From Catajapyx aquilonaris (lineage: Eukaryota), in NCBI GenBank assembly GCA_000934665.2, contig KZ538524.1:1-64000 (forward strand): a stretch of DNA of 64,000 nucleotides. Direction: 5' to 3'. The notes under the pieces are model-generated. The model made no database searches. It saw only the letters and a program-made list of their open reading frames with translations, and had not been told where the DNA came from. This document shows positions 28,633 to 41,790 of the stretch, piece by piece (position 1 is the first letter of the stretch; each line of letters begins with the position of its first letter). A program made the position numbers and the translations under genes.

Positions 28633-31600
28633 GCCAGGCCAGCAGATATATTATTGCGACAATTGTTCATATAGGTTGAACGGAACAATTATTTCGTAGC
28701 CCTTTGCTTCCCCCACCGCCCAAAAAATGTAATGAATTCACGAATGAGGAGAAACCCTTACATTAAGGGTCTCCCAAGGTGAAATTTTAATGCAAATGCG
28801 GAAGTTCATCCGCATTTACATTCTTTATCCCTGTGCCAAGCCCTGGCAAAAATCGTGCAGGATTGGAGCAAAGTCAGTCCCCCTCCCTCCTTCCACAGGA
28901 AGATTATTTGCAAAGAATAATAGAAGGCTCTAGGCCTCACTACGACTCTCCCACCACTTTTTTTTCTTCTTTTTCCTTCTTGGGGTGGTAAAAAGAAATC
29001 CCCTTGTCACTGCCATCAACTGATGTCTTCACGTCTTCCACCCCTCGGAATCGTTCGGCGGAATCAAACTCGAGTCAATCTAATTACCATTCGGCTGTGT
29101 TTCCGAAAATGGCCTGATCCCAACAATTCGACTATCAAGCGCCTTCCAAATCCATTCTCATTTTGGGTTGGGGGGAGGGGGAAAAAAAGAGGGGGCTAGA
29201 CGAGTTGCTGTGCCCACCAGAAGCGACTCGCTCCAAATGGGAATTTAAGAATAATTGCCCCTACTAAATGCCTTGATCAGACCACGAAATATGACTTCCA
29301 CACTGCCTAACACTGGAAGAAGAAAAAAAAGATAAGAAAATGCCATTTGCATACAACCGCATTCGGGTTTCATTTTCTGATAGCACCGTCCCATGTGTGA
29401 GGAACTTTACAAAAAATCCGAGGTAGTTATCAGCACAACAGCACCTTGTAACATCAATCCCGCAAGTTTGTACCGTAAGTGTTTTGTCAAATTACCCACG
29501 CGGGCTTCCTCTGCGGAGCAATCATCTTCCTTCTCCCCACTTAGAAAACAACCTCTTCCCCAGAGGAGATATCCACAAACCCTCCCTGCAAAACTTTACC
29601 TCCGCATCTTTCTGTATTCCCCCTCCCCCCACCACCACCATGGTTAAAAAAAAAACTTTAACAACCTTCTTCTCCTCAGAAGATGCCAAGTTGCAAGCAG
29701 CACCAACTGGTCTTCCTTATCTAGCTTAGATCGTCGGTGGGTTGGTTAGTTGTAAGGTAGTAGAAACCTGGGTCATCGTGTCAAAGTTTGGTCCTTGCCA
29801 TCTAAGCTTCTTGCAAGCATCTATCCCCAGACATGGAAGTCAAGAGGAAAAGGCAGCAAGCTTTTGGGAGGAAAGGGGGGGTTGGAGAAAACAAATCTAC
29901 AAGCAAGGGCGGGGGAGCTTCTTCGCCACATCTTAATAGGCTATCTTCTGCCGGAATCGCTTACTCCTGTGCCAAGGAGTTTCGCAGTTTGCCACAATGA
30001 GGCAAAGTTCGCCAAGAAACTTTCCGAGCCCGAGATAAGCAACCTTGATACGTATCATGGGAATTATCTATACACTCCCCGCCGCCTATACAGGATTCCA
30101 TAAAACTGCAATTAGTATTTAATGACACGGGTGAAACGTGCTCTTAGGCCAAACGTCACATCAAGAAAAGCGTAACGCTCTCCGGGCTAGAAAGGAAGAG
30201 AAAATATTACGTACTACATCGCCCCTCGCTTTACGGCCATCTGTAACGTTTAATCTATGATTGCGTTGTAAATACGCCAGCTTGTTCCAGTTTCCGGATT
30301 TTGCCGAGCTCTACCCCCCGCTAATTAGCTGACCGGATCAGTGGCTGGCGGTATCACACTGAGATATCTCCCGGTGTTTCAATTGCAGCACCTTATGGGC
30401 GCGACCCTTATGGGGTGATGTCCACCTAATCAAAAAAGACCAGAGCCAGAAACAACAGAGGCCCCAAATCTGCCCATTACATTCCTCCTGAGTGACATTT
30501 ACTCTTCCATTTACCAAATCAACTGATTAAAACCGGAGTTTGGTGTAGAAGGATCCTGGGAAAAGTGGTCTGGTCCCCCTCCCTCCCCCCCTCTGAAAGA
30601 AATCCGGGCAGTAGGAACTCAAACCCCTATTTGCATGCCCTTTTCGGTGTTTGTCCCAATGGAAATGGAATTTTCGAAGGGTGGGTATTGGGGTATGTGG
30701 ACAAGTGGCAGGGTTCGTGACCTTGCCCGGGTCGGAGGAGATCCGCGACACCTCACCTGGGAAAAAAGGTCCATATCCCTCAGTCAGAGGAAACCTCACA
30801 ACTGCAGGGGAAAAATTAAACCCTCTTCATTTCCTTTTCCGGACTCGGACCACTATGCATACTCCCCCTCCACGTATATGCCCAGGATTAATGTAACTAT
30901 GAGGGGGGGTATCCGGAGGAGACAGATGGGAACGTGGTCCGGATTTTACTACTCTTTTAGAACGCAAGTCTAAAACTCACACTGGCGACAGAAATTTAAA
31001 TAGCAGCATTCTTGGCTAATACCTCATTACACACGCTGGGTAATGATCAGGGGTTGGGATGACTAACACGGTTATGAAAATGAAGGTAACGTTTCTGATA
31101 GGCCCTTCTCTCGGCACAAAGATGAGTTCAATCTGTTGTGCCGCGTCTTTGTGTTGCAATTCTGCTCTCTCTAAACCACCTGCGGTTGATTGTAACTAAT
31201 GCCACTTTGCCCCCCATTGTCGAATTAACTGCGCTATTCGCTCGATGTAGAGCGTTCGGCGCCGGATAACAATCCCGGACGGCTCTCAGTTGGACCTGAA
31301 GCACTTGAAGAAAGGTATGATGGTGACAACGCTTTTATTGCAGCCAAATCCGAGCATTCTTATAATGAACCTTCCGCATAATGGGCCATATCTTTAAAAA
31401 AATGGTCAACCGACCACCCTGCAGCCGCATTTAATTAATTTGCTCCACCAGTAAGCAAACTGTATATTATTCATATTATTCTGCCGGGAAAGTTGGGTTA
31501 TACGGTCCGTCTATCAACCGGACCCAAGTGCGGTCCAAGGCGGAATATAACACTGGTGAGCAGCCTCCATAGAAATGAGCCGGAGAGCAATATATTCGGC

Positions 31601-32824
31601 GTGGCTCCTCCGATGCCTTTACTACGCTGTATGGATCATATTCCTGGGCAATTTTATCCGTTCCGCGAAGCATGACCTTAATGATAATTCGCCTTTTCCC
31701 TTCCCCCGATGGAAATTCCTAGGGAGAGCCCCTCCCTCTTTTCAGCTTTCCAGACGAATGAAATTCTTGGTTCAACCCATGCCTTTCTGGGTTCCTCGAG
31801 ATAAATTTTAGAATGTAATTACTAAAAATGCGTCCCAGGGTCCACCCTGAGTCCATCGGGGCTGTCAGCAAACAACATTTCGGCATAACAACCTCATTGG
31901 ATCCTTCCGCGCTAATCAATACTTTCAGAAAAGCCTTTTAATTGGTTGTGGTCAAGGATGATTATACCTCGCCATCCGCTGCATCACCTCTCCAACAGAC
32001 AGCCCCAAACGCAGCCGCGGCGTGAGCTTGACGATAACGACGACGGCTTTTGTTTTCATACCCTCCCACCCCCATCGTCCTCTCTCGGCAGCCATACCAC
32101 TCTTTCAGCGCGCTTTGGACACTTTTCTGCATCATAACCATCGACGGCAGATGGGCTACTGTGTCAACTGTACATTTCCTACCAGCTGCTGCAACTTTGC
32201 CTGTCCCCTCCTCCTCCTCCCCCACTAGGAAAAGGATCTCTCGAAACAAGCTGGCAACCAAATTGGAAGCTCGTCCTACACATACTCTTCCAAACAGGAT
32301 GCTTCTGACTGCGATAAACAGAGTACGAAACTGCGGTAATGTTGTCCGGGAGCCGCTAATTTTCCTGCGGTTTCGGAGACAGACTTGCCAATGTGTTTTC
32401 TCAGATGCACACGGGCTGTGAGCTGCGAGGCTCTGAATGCCATGCTCTGAATATTGGCAGAGTTGCGACAATACCCGTTTGTTTCCACTGTTGTCGTTTA
32501 TTCTCTCGGTTAATATGGCCAGTGTGCTTGTGATGGGAATATTCAGAACTGCGTGTTTTGCTCGGTTGCCGTGTGTTTCCAGGGGGAACCACAAGAAGTC
32601 GCAGAAATATCGACACATATCGATATTATTTTTCGCAATTAACCAACATATCGGATATTACCGTACATTACAGGTGATATTGATATCCTACTAGGCGATG
32701 TATCGATATATCAATATTTATTTCACGATGTACTGATATATTCGCTTCATGATATATCGATATGGAAATCACAATATATCGATATTGGGTGATGCACCGA
32801 TATATCGACATACAAATCGTGATA

Positions 32825-33009
32825 CAGTTGACTCCGGGTATATAACTGACTTCAAGGGACCGCGGATATCAGTCTGGTATAACCAAGGTATGTAATAGCC
32901 GAATACAAAAGCCATAATTATATGGAAGTTTGCCGGGACCGGCCCTTTTGAGTCTGTTATAACCGAAAGTCTAATATAGCAATATGGCTGTTATATCCGG
33001 AGTTAACTG
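32825..33009. mobile_element. Tc1/mariner (pogo/Tigger-like) MITE, 185 bp
   Basis: The element reads TA|CAGTTGACTCCGGGTATATAAC...GTTATATCCGGAGTTAACTG|TA. The TA duplication is supported by an uninterrupted copy of the host repeat near 33228-33270. Confidence 0.85.
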
Positions 33010-33059
33010 TATATCGATGTTCTAGGATGACCTCCCGATATATCGGTTTGCCATTTCGC

Positions 33060-33203
33060 CTCTGCGTGGCCTGACCAGTCACCAGAGGATTCATTATACT
33101 GGTCGTTCGAGATGGCCAGGTGGACTGTAAGGCCTACCTGGTCATCGCTGGTAACCCCATCTTGATGGGAATATGCCGTGAAGGAAATGTATGTATGTAT
33201 GTA
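33060..33203 (+). mobile_element. 5'-truncated retroposon (LINE/SINE 3' end) with a (TATG)n tail
   Basis: It is flanked by the 11-bp direct repeat TGCCATTTCGC (33049-33059 and 33204-33214). It ends in two stem-loops and a tetranucleotide tail, and is similar to 23750-23841. Confidence 0.7.
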
Positions 33204-36200
33204 TGCCATTTCGCGATGGAGCGATATCGACATACAAATTGCGATATATCGATATTCTTGGATGACCTACCCATATATCGGTTGCCATTTCGCGATATAT
33301 CGATATTCCGGGGTGACCTGAGCCCCGTGATTGACTGAGTGGCGTCAGAAGGCCGTGATTGGCTCCTAATTCCTCTCAACCGCCCACTTCTCCGGACAGA
33401 CATTCCCGGAATGACTTTTCTACTCTTATGTTGTATATAGATGAATGGCGGAACCGGGTGCGAGTCTTCGCGCGACAGAAATCCGGGTGCCTCTCGCGCC
33501 TTTTCTTATCTATTTCGAGGAGATCTGATCCCATCCCAGAAGCACTACGGGACCCCAGTTTACGGCTCCTTGGGAGGACTTCCAGGAAGCTCCTTCAGAT
33601 TGACAGCCCGGATTACGGCTTGTTGCTTTTCTGTCCCCCTCTCACTTCTTGTTTCTCTCTCAAAAGCTTCTCTTGTCCCACCTGCCCTATACAAAACTGT
33701 CGCTCCGGCCTTTGACACCGAAACCACTCCCCAAGACATATACGCAACATCTATCTTAACAAAAGGGCTCGGGCTTGTATGCCCGCTTTTCCGGGAAGAT
33801 ACAGGTTGTTTTCGCCCCGGATTCCGCTTATCCGAGCAGGATCAAAAATCCGGGCAGGATATATTCTTACTGTGCTATCAAATCACAATTTTACTGTCCA
33901 ACAGTTACTTATAAAAATTGCGACGCTCCTCATTAGAGGGCAGTGGCGTCTGCTGAGTGTGGACCTGGGGGTGCTCATTTGTGAGTCGTGTGACGGCCTG
34001 ACTGGAGGCTGGTTTCAATAAATTGGTTGCTCCGAACCTGTGTGTTATTGTGAGGTCAGGAGGGTTGACCTGAGGAGGTCACCCCCTCATAAAATTAAAT
34101 AATATTTCCGTCGAGTTAGTGCATTCGGTGTAAAAATATACGACTTAGACACCCTTTGCGTAAGATTACGTCCCACCGGAAGTTGCAAATTCCGGCTGTC
34201 GCAAATAGTGCAAAAATCCAGGTCAAAACAGATGCCACCCGTCTTGGCCCCCCCCAACGTCACGCGTGCCTCATATTATTTATACACCACATAACTATGC
34301 CACATTCATAGTGTCAAGAACAGACATGTGCATCTTACAAAAAATATACATATCTCCCATCAAGACAGGTGTGTGTCCCCCCACTTGTCCTTTGCCAAAA
34401 TAGCATTCTCTCCCACCCTATAGGCACGCTGAGGCTATAATCTGCAGACATACGGAGAAAGGGCCTCCCTCCCCCGCCTCTCCCTCAAAACCACACCCCG
34501 ACCGACCCCTTTCGGCCCCTATCTTTACGCCAGTCACGTTGGGCCTCCCCAGCTTTACGGTCTTTTAGCTTGCTTTTTACATCCCCCCGAATTATTTGAG
34601 AAAAATGTCATAATATCCCTATCATCCCGCGGCCATTGAGCCTGACTGTCAAAATTAATGAGAAAGCCCTACTTTTGTGTACGGGCACGTTCGCACTAAC
34701 TACCTCTCTGGGATGGTTCAGAAGGGGTGGGTTGGTGGGGAGGAAAATGGAGGGGGAGGGGGAGGGAGGGGGGCTGTGATGCCTTGCTTCTGGCGGAGAT
34801 GCAAAGTCCGACCGTGTCCTCCTGTTTGTTCCTTTCCAGCACATGCCGGGGCCGAGATGGTGGGTTAGGTGGGGGAGAGAGGGAGGGAAGAGATGGTGGG
34901 GGGAGGCAAGGCAGTGCTAAGGAAGTAATTAGCTACACATCAAGTGNCCCCCCCCCCTCTTTTCTGGAGGGGAGGGGAGGGAGGAGGGGCAGAAGAAGAC
35001 ACTATGGAGGGTGGGAAGGAATGTGTTCAACCAATTTTGGAGAGAGAAAAAAAAATGGCATTTGGTGACAGCACAGTCGAGTAATATCAAAATTATCAAT
35101 TGACATTTTCGCTATATAAAAACAGCTAATAAATATGTCTGACAAGACAGCAGATATGAAATTATACGCCATTTTGATTCGCACATACTATTTTAATGAA
35201 TTTTTCGCATCAGGTGATTCCGCCTTTTCAGTCCAATTTGCAATTTGTTTAAAAATTCGCAAAACTGTTGGACCAACCAGTGTCATTGTTGCCTGGCCGG
35301 TTTCACAAATCTAAAATTGAATGAGCCTATAAATATGCACGGACTGCAATACATGTACGTGTCCTTTTCAGGACACTATAAATAGTGTCTCCAGTCCCGC
35401 TTCATCACGTCACGTTCCATTAGACCTTACCCCCCCACCACCACCTACCTCCCTAGAATATGTACAATGAATTCGCAATGGAACCCAGTCATCCTTCCAA
35501 TTTAACTTTACTACTATCTCCCCGGCCCAAGCGATAGAGTACTATTAATTCTAAGACTACAAAGCGCAAGTGTTAAAATTAATTACCGGGACGTCTTGCG
35601 GAGAGGACGAGTGTGTCGGGAAGGAAGTTGGCGGATATTTCGCGGTGGACCGAGCCGGGGCGATGTTTTAATTACGCACGCCTGTATATTACTTATGCCC
35701 CCGCTTTTCCCACGCGTGTTTCATCCGCCCAAGACGTCCTAATCACGAAATAAAACGCGATGTTACAACCATGTGCCCACCACCCCCCTGGGAGGAGGGA
35801 AAAGTTTGCTATTGAAAGTGAAATTTCAAGACGTATTAAATTTTTCTTCTTAATTATGTACAGGATGTTCCAAGAAATTGTCTTTGGTAATTTGTCAGAA
35901 AGAACCTTCGATATAGTTAGTTGCTCCAAGTATTCGGATATTTTTGTCAAAAAAAACTGACAAATATAATAAACAAGAATAATCCTAATAAAAAACAAAA
36001 TGCAAAACTGATTAACACTAACATATTAATATAATTAAACAATAAAAATAACACGCGTCTTTGGGTTTTGATCCTGCTTCCCTCCCGTTGCAAATCAACT
36101 TTAGAACTGCCCTAAAAACATTTCAATGACCTCGCAAGTTACGGGGTCATTTCCATTGCTCCAATTCATTTCAGTTGCCCCGAAACAAGGGGGCAATCGA

Positions 36201-37545
36201 TATGTTTGACCTTTTTCAATACGTAATGCAGGACAGGATATATACCTGCCTAAAAATGCGTTTAACATGCATTTTGAATCACGTGATTCCTACAATCCCC
36301 CCCCCCCCTCCTCTCCACCTCCCACATTCCCAATACGGCTTCATCGACTTTATCAAACCGACTCGGAAACAACCGGCAATTTTAAAGAAATTGCACCCTG
36401 TTTTGCTTTTCAGCCGAGGACAAATGGGAGACAGAGGCTTGCCAAATTTCCAAAACGGAGTTTCTTAAACATGTTGCGTGCATGTTAATAAACTCGAATT
36501 GGCCTGTATGACGTTATCGCACACATTATTCGCCATCCTTCGATCTTTATATTTGGATGGAGGAAGTAGAAGGGGGCGTGGAGGGGGGGGAGGTCCAAAT
36601 TGTGCTAGGGCTGGAAGCAGAAATACTAAAAAAAAATGGCGCACATCTTATGTGTCGCATGTCAATACGAGGGAACTCCTGCCGAAATTAATTTCCATAG
36701 TCTCCTCGCAAAATGCCAGATGGCACCCCCTTCGAAATCATAAATTTCGCGACTCCCCCCCCCCCTCTCCTATACCCTTCTTGAAATCGTCTCCTTAATC
36801 CAAAGTTGAACAGACAGAAACCCCACAACCGGCACAAAAGAATTTTTCTTTCTGAAAAAAAAAGTAACGACCGATTTCCTTCATCACCTTCCCCTAGCAA
36901 CCGATCAGACGGATCTAAACTCCTCCAATTAATTACATTTTTCACACCCTCGACCCGTACCCGGTTTTTCAATTTTCCCCGAACAAAACATGTGTGAAAC
37001 AATGTCTTCCATTCCCGCCAGGACCGAATCTCCAGTCAATTCGATCGTCCCTATAAGCCTAAATCATTTCCTATAACTATTTCCATCCCCCCCCCNAAAC
37101 GTCTCCCGGTGCTTTTCATGAACCCCATCCGAGCGCTACATCACTATAACATGTATAGCGTTGACCCGCAAACTATGTTGTGGCCACTTGTAGCCATAAA
37201 AGTGACTAGAGGGACTAAACGCATCATCATAGTTGCACTGGCCGCTCTCTGCGACACAACCACCCTATCGCACCCTCAGTTTAACAAGCAGCTAAAAGGA
37301 CGTGTGTCAAAAACGGGCGACGACTTCTCCCGCACCGGATATTCGGGCACCAAGCCTCCATCTATATGCATACGATTTACTCCATCCATGGGGAAAGGTT
37401 GGCAGAGGGGGATGTGGAGAAGTGTAGGGGGGATGCAAGCCACTGCCATGCATTGATTGCAAAGAATTAACGAACGAGGCTGCCAACCCCGCTTTTTTTT
37501 CGCCATCTTACCATGTTCGGTTGGTAGATGGCGTTTGAGCATGTG

Positions 37546-37559
37546 GCGCCATCTAGCGG
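37546..37559 (-). promoter_or_regulatory. CTCF-like binding motif
   Basis: The reverse complement CCGCTAGATGGCGC closely fits the CTCF core consensus. Confidence 0.5.
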
Positions 37560-40500
37560 CCCGTGTTTGTTATTCCGCGCGTTAAAAAGCCGTGCCTCCA
37601 CTGAAAATCTGGCCGCAAAGTAGACCCAGCACCACTTTGGCGGCAGAAATAGAGGTTCTGAGGCTCTTATCCCACCGACTTGAGCTATAGTACTCCTCAG
37701 AGACTCCCTGGCGAGCCAAGATCTACTGTATCCTTGGTTTGAGGAGTAAGGGGCGGGGGCGGGGAGGGGGGAGGATTCGCCCCCTCCACCCCCTCCCCCC
37801 TCTACAAAACCAGCTTCCCCCCATCTTCAAGCCCCGAAGGAGTTTTCGAGGAGCGACAGCAAAACCCGCTCCTTCCGCCTTATCTGTCACGGAACTGTGT
37901 TAACTACATGCGCTTTATCCCCTCTCTATTCTTGAAATTTGCTTACTGTATTACCCCCTGGGTCAACCTGTACCGAATCAACACCTGTGGCCAGCCTTGT
38001 AATTACCAGAGAAACGGGGTCCACATCGACGCCTACTCATTAGTCGACATTAGTCATTTTGCAAGTAGTATCGTCCTAACCAAATAAGGTCGCCAGGTAT
38101 GGTGTTAACGACAAGCAAACAATGGGAGTGGTCCGGTACGACCGGGTACGACACAAATTATATAATTTCATTCCCAATTCGGTCAACTTCAGAAAAAAAT
38201 TTCCCTAAGACACCGTTTTGATAAATTGTCGCCTCAGGCACATTTGTACGTTTCCGAAGAGACAATGGCCTTTTAAAATCCGGCCACCCTAGTACTCTCG
38301 TTGGCAGCCCTGCCCCCCCTCCACCCCACACCCAGCCCAAGGGCCCACACGGAAACGGCAGTGTCGATAAACCTTCGCATATACATCACGTGCGTTGTCT
38401 CCCCCCCACCAACCCACCCACTCCCCTTGTCCTCGGCCCTCTTTTCCCCCGATCGCCTCTGTTTACTTTCGAATCCCATTTCCGAGCAGCCATCCCCACC
38501 CACACCCCCCAACTGCAAACCCCCACCGAAATCCCCCCCNCCTCCTTCCATTACTGCAGTAAACAACGTCTGCGTCAGCTCCGGACTCCAGCAAGTCCCT
38601 ACAATAAATAAGCCGCCCAACACATTTTGCCAATATCGCAATAGGTCCTCGGGTTTTCGACAGAGAGGCTGGAAAGGGTACGAATTTTGGACCCTCCTAT
38701 ATAAAAAAAATATTTTTCGACAACAATAGAGCAGCCAGCACGTGGTTGACTCCACGCTGCCACCCACAAAATTACCTAAAACGAGAGCGTCGCATGTGGG
38801 TGCCAATTTCACACGCTCACTGCTCCTATGCTCCACTTTATTGCCTCCAGACAGGTGATACAGTACTTCACAGGCGGAAATAATGTTCCTGAAAAAAAAC
38901 CCAGGTATTTACCTCCTTTAAAAAACCCGACATCTTCGTGAATTATATACAACACATCGGCCTAAAAAAATTCCGAACATTTCAAGCAACCACCTAGTAA
39001 TAATTCAAAATCCCCGGACCACGCCCCGGACTATGCAGTCTTACGTAAATTACCGGAACAAAACCTACAACAATTATAAATTCCTTCCAGACTGTCTCTA
39101 GGAGTTGCTTCGTGGTCACCCCCGAAGAGGTCCACCCTGCTTACTTGGGGGGGTACAAACTCTCAGACTTACCGACCCGCGTAAAAATACAGGGTATTTC
39201 CTAGAGTTTAATTACAGGTCAGCACTTGCAAGTGCGGTGTCTCCAAAGGAGGGGGACTTGGCCACCGCACAACTTATTTCTGTCACTTTATCCTCGAATT
39301 ATTCATTACCCGCTGACCACCCGAATCGCATTTACAGCAAACTGGGGGGAGAGTTTCGCAAACTCCGGGTCAAAACTCCTTAATTGGGAATAAAGCTTGG
39401 TGATACACGGAAATGGGGGAAATTCGGCTGGGAAACATCATAATAACAGCTCTTATGAAGTAGCAGCGACCGGAAATAACAGCTATTTCGGCAAGATCAC
39501 CGTTAATTTCGTAAAATAGCGGCTATTTTCGGTAGAAGTGGCGAAATAGCTGCTAGGCGGATGCATGATGGGTGTAAAAATGGGCGAAAATCGTCAGCAA
39601 GCGGCGTGGAAGAAGCCAATTTGCGCCAATCATCTCTGCCGTCCTCTGAGGACGACCTGACGATTAATCGCGTTTCATTGGGACCAATGCTCGTCGCGAT
39701 TTCATTTAGTAAAGGCCTGGAAATTAATCATGTGATCATCACATTGTAACTTATTTCCTCGTGCACTTGGGGGGCTCTCTCTCTCTCTCAGCATCCTTCC
39801 TCTCTAGGCTACCCCCCATTCAAACCAACCCTTTTCCTGCCGCGGCTTATTATCCCTGCCCACTTTTTATTTTTGCAAATCCAAGCACATCCTACAACCG
39901 CTAAGTGAACGCGCCTCGAAGCGGTATCAATTTTAATTAAAAATGACCGTACCAGACAGTGGCCCATGATGTACGGTTGACCTCGCGTCATCCTGATCCC
40001 ATCCTGCGGATGCTGACCGTTGACCACACTGCACTTGCACATACTAAATTTTTTTCAAAGTCCGGTCGTTTTCTTGAAGACTCCTCGATCGCCGGCGTGA
40101 CGTCACGGTTCGGAATGCAACGGTTTATTGCCCGCACTCAAGGGAATCCGGCTTTTTCGACCCCCCCCTCTAAACAAAAGACCTGCCCACCTCCTTTATC
40201 TTGTTTATGCCCCGCTGCCCACGGGATGGGTGCATATTATCCTCATCAATTCTGCAATGAGGATGTGCAGTGTTTGTGTTTCTACTTTGGACAAAGTTTG
40301 TCTTGTAGTTGAAGTTGGGCCACCCTGTAACATTGGACACATATAATTAATTTGTTTTCGGATTCCCCGCGAGCCTTGCCTATAAAACCGGGCTTTTGTT
40401 GCCGATGGGGGTCGCGACTTGTGGTGGTAAACAGTAAACAATCAACAAATATAAATAGCGGCTAGTTTTCCCGGAGAAATCTGGGTCACGACTGACTGTC

Positions 40501-41687
40501 CATAAAGCCATAAACCTGGACCATGGATGATCCAAGGTCGTCAAATGCCACCGGGATTTTTCAGAAAACAAAACGTCAACTTCAACCTTGAGACACTCTC
40601 TCTTCCAATCGGTGAGGGATAACATTATATGGTGACCAATCCACAAAAATGGCGCCGACTTGAGATACTCTATCGCCTATTGAGTTAGGCCCGCACAAAA
40701 AAAAAAAAACGCAATGCAGTTTAACACGCGCTCCATTATCCGCACGCAAATGCGATGATGCTGATACGTATTCAATAGGAAATTGTGTCACACAAAACGG
40801 GCGCAAAACAACTGTGTTCCGAACAAAATAATGATGGTGATGGAAGAACAAGGCTTGTTGCATGCAAAGGGGGATACAAAAAAAACGGCACAAGTTTACA
40901 ATGCGAACTAATATTATTTTCCATCCAGTTGACTCCGACTGTCGCCTGGGTAATTTTCTTAACCGTCGATTGGAAGATACGCCCTTTAGGAGGAAATGAA
41001 CCTGCCAATTACACCTGCCCCCCCGGTATTTGGAAAGGAAGAAATTGCAAGTGCCTCAAAACTGCCAAATTGTGCTTCCAAAATCCGGCCCAAATTTTTA
41101 ATAATAAATAACTGCTATCCAGCTAATTAAAGCTCCAGTCACACTCTTGCACCTTTAGCACCAATTGATGACCCATCCAAAGTCCCACGTAACCGAAAGG
41201 TGCTGCATCTTGACTTTGGATCCGGAGCACATGTTGGTCGGACCCAAATGACGTTTTAATTANNNNNNNNNCCCCCCCCCCCCCCTCTGAAAGTCCTAGC
41301 CCCGGATAAGTCCCGGACCCCTATAGACCCTTCCTCCTCTTGCATTTCAGGTTGCAACGGGGCGATTCTCATGCAACCTGATGTTACATGTACAAAACCA
41401 GCTTGCCCGCACAAGTTGATTCCAGGGGGCGCCCCGGCAATCAATTACCCCAACTATTAATCCGGTCATTAACACAGCAAGCGCCTGGAGACCTGTCTTA
41501 GCAAAACCCTTTGGGACCTAACCTGGACCCGTATGGGAAGAAAAGCGCCACTAAAAAGGGCTTAGACTTCAGGCATTAGCTTATTATTAATAAGTACTGC
41601 CAGGAGGGTTTTTACGAGAAAACTGACCGTAAAACTGGACTGGCGGTTTTTTGCTGAGCTGTGCACCATTCTTGTGGCCGTATTATG

Positions 41688-41790
41688 AGCATATCGAAAA
41701 ACGATACGCCAAAAATATCGTTTTATATAAAAAATGATGTTAAAAATATCGATATATCAAATATTGAAATGTACTTTATATCGATATATA
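41688..41790. repeat. Second ATATCG/CGATAT-rich relic
   Basis: Clustered ATATCGATAT and AATATCG motifs resemble those at 32605-33325. Confidence 0.35.

Larger units (their letters stand above)
32605..33325. repeat. ATATCGAT-rich repetitive element, possibly a decayed non-autonomous DNA transposon, hosting two insertions
   Basis: It contains many ATATCGAT/CGATAT motifs and an internally duplicated unit (CGACATACAAAT...GATATATCGAT...GGATGACCT...GCCATTTCGC). Boundaries are approximate. Confidence 0.55.

Noticed and set aside
31962..32618. Longest ORF (218 aa), and the similar 203-aa ORF at 46156..46767
   Set aside because: No recognisable domains, non-protein-like composition and no supporting splice structure. 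The first overlaps a repeat.
38084..38310. hAT-like termini (CCGGCCACCCTA, TTGGCAGCCCTG)
   Set aside because: The matching opposite end is weak and I found no 8-bp TSD.
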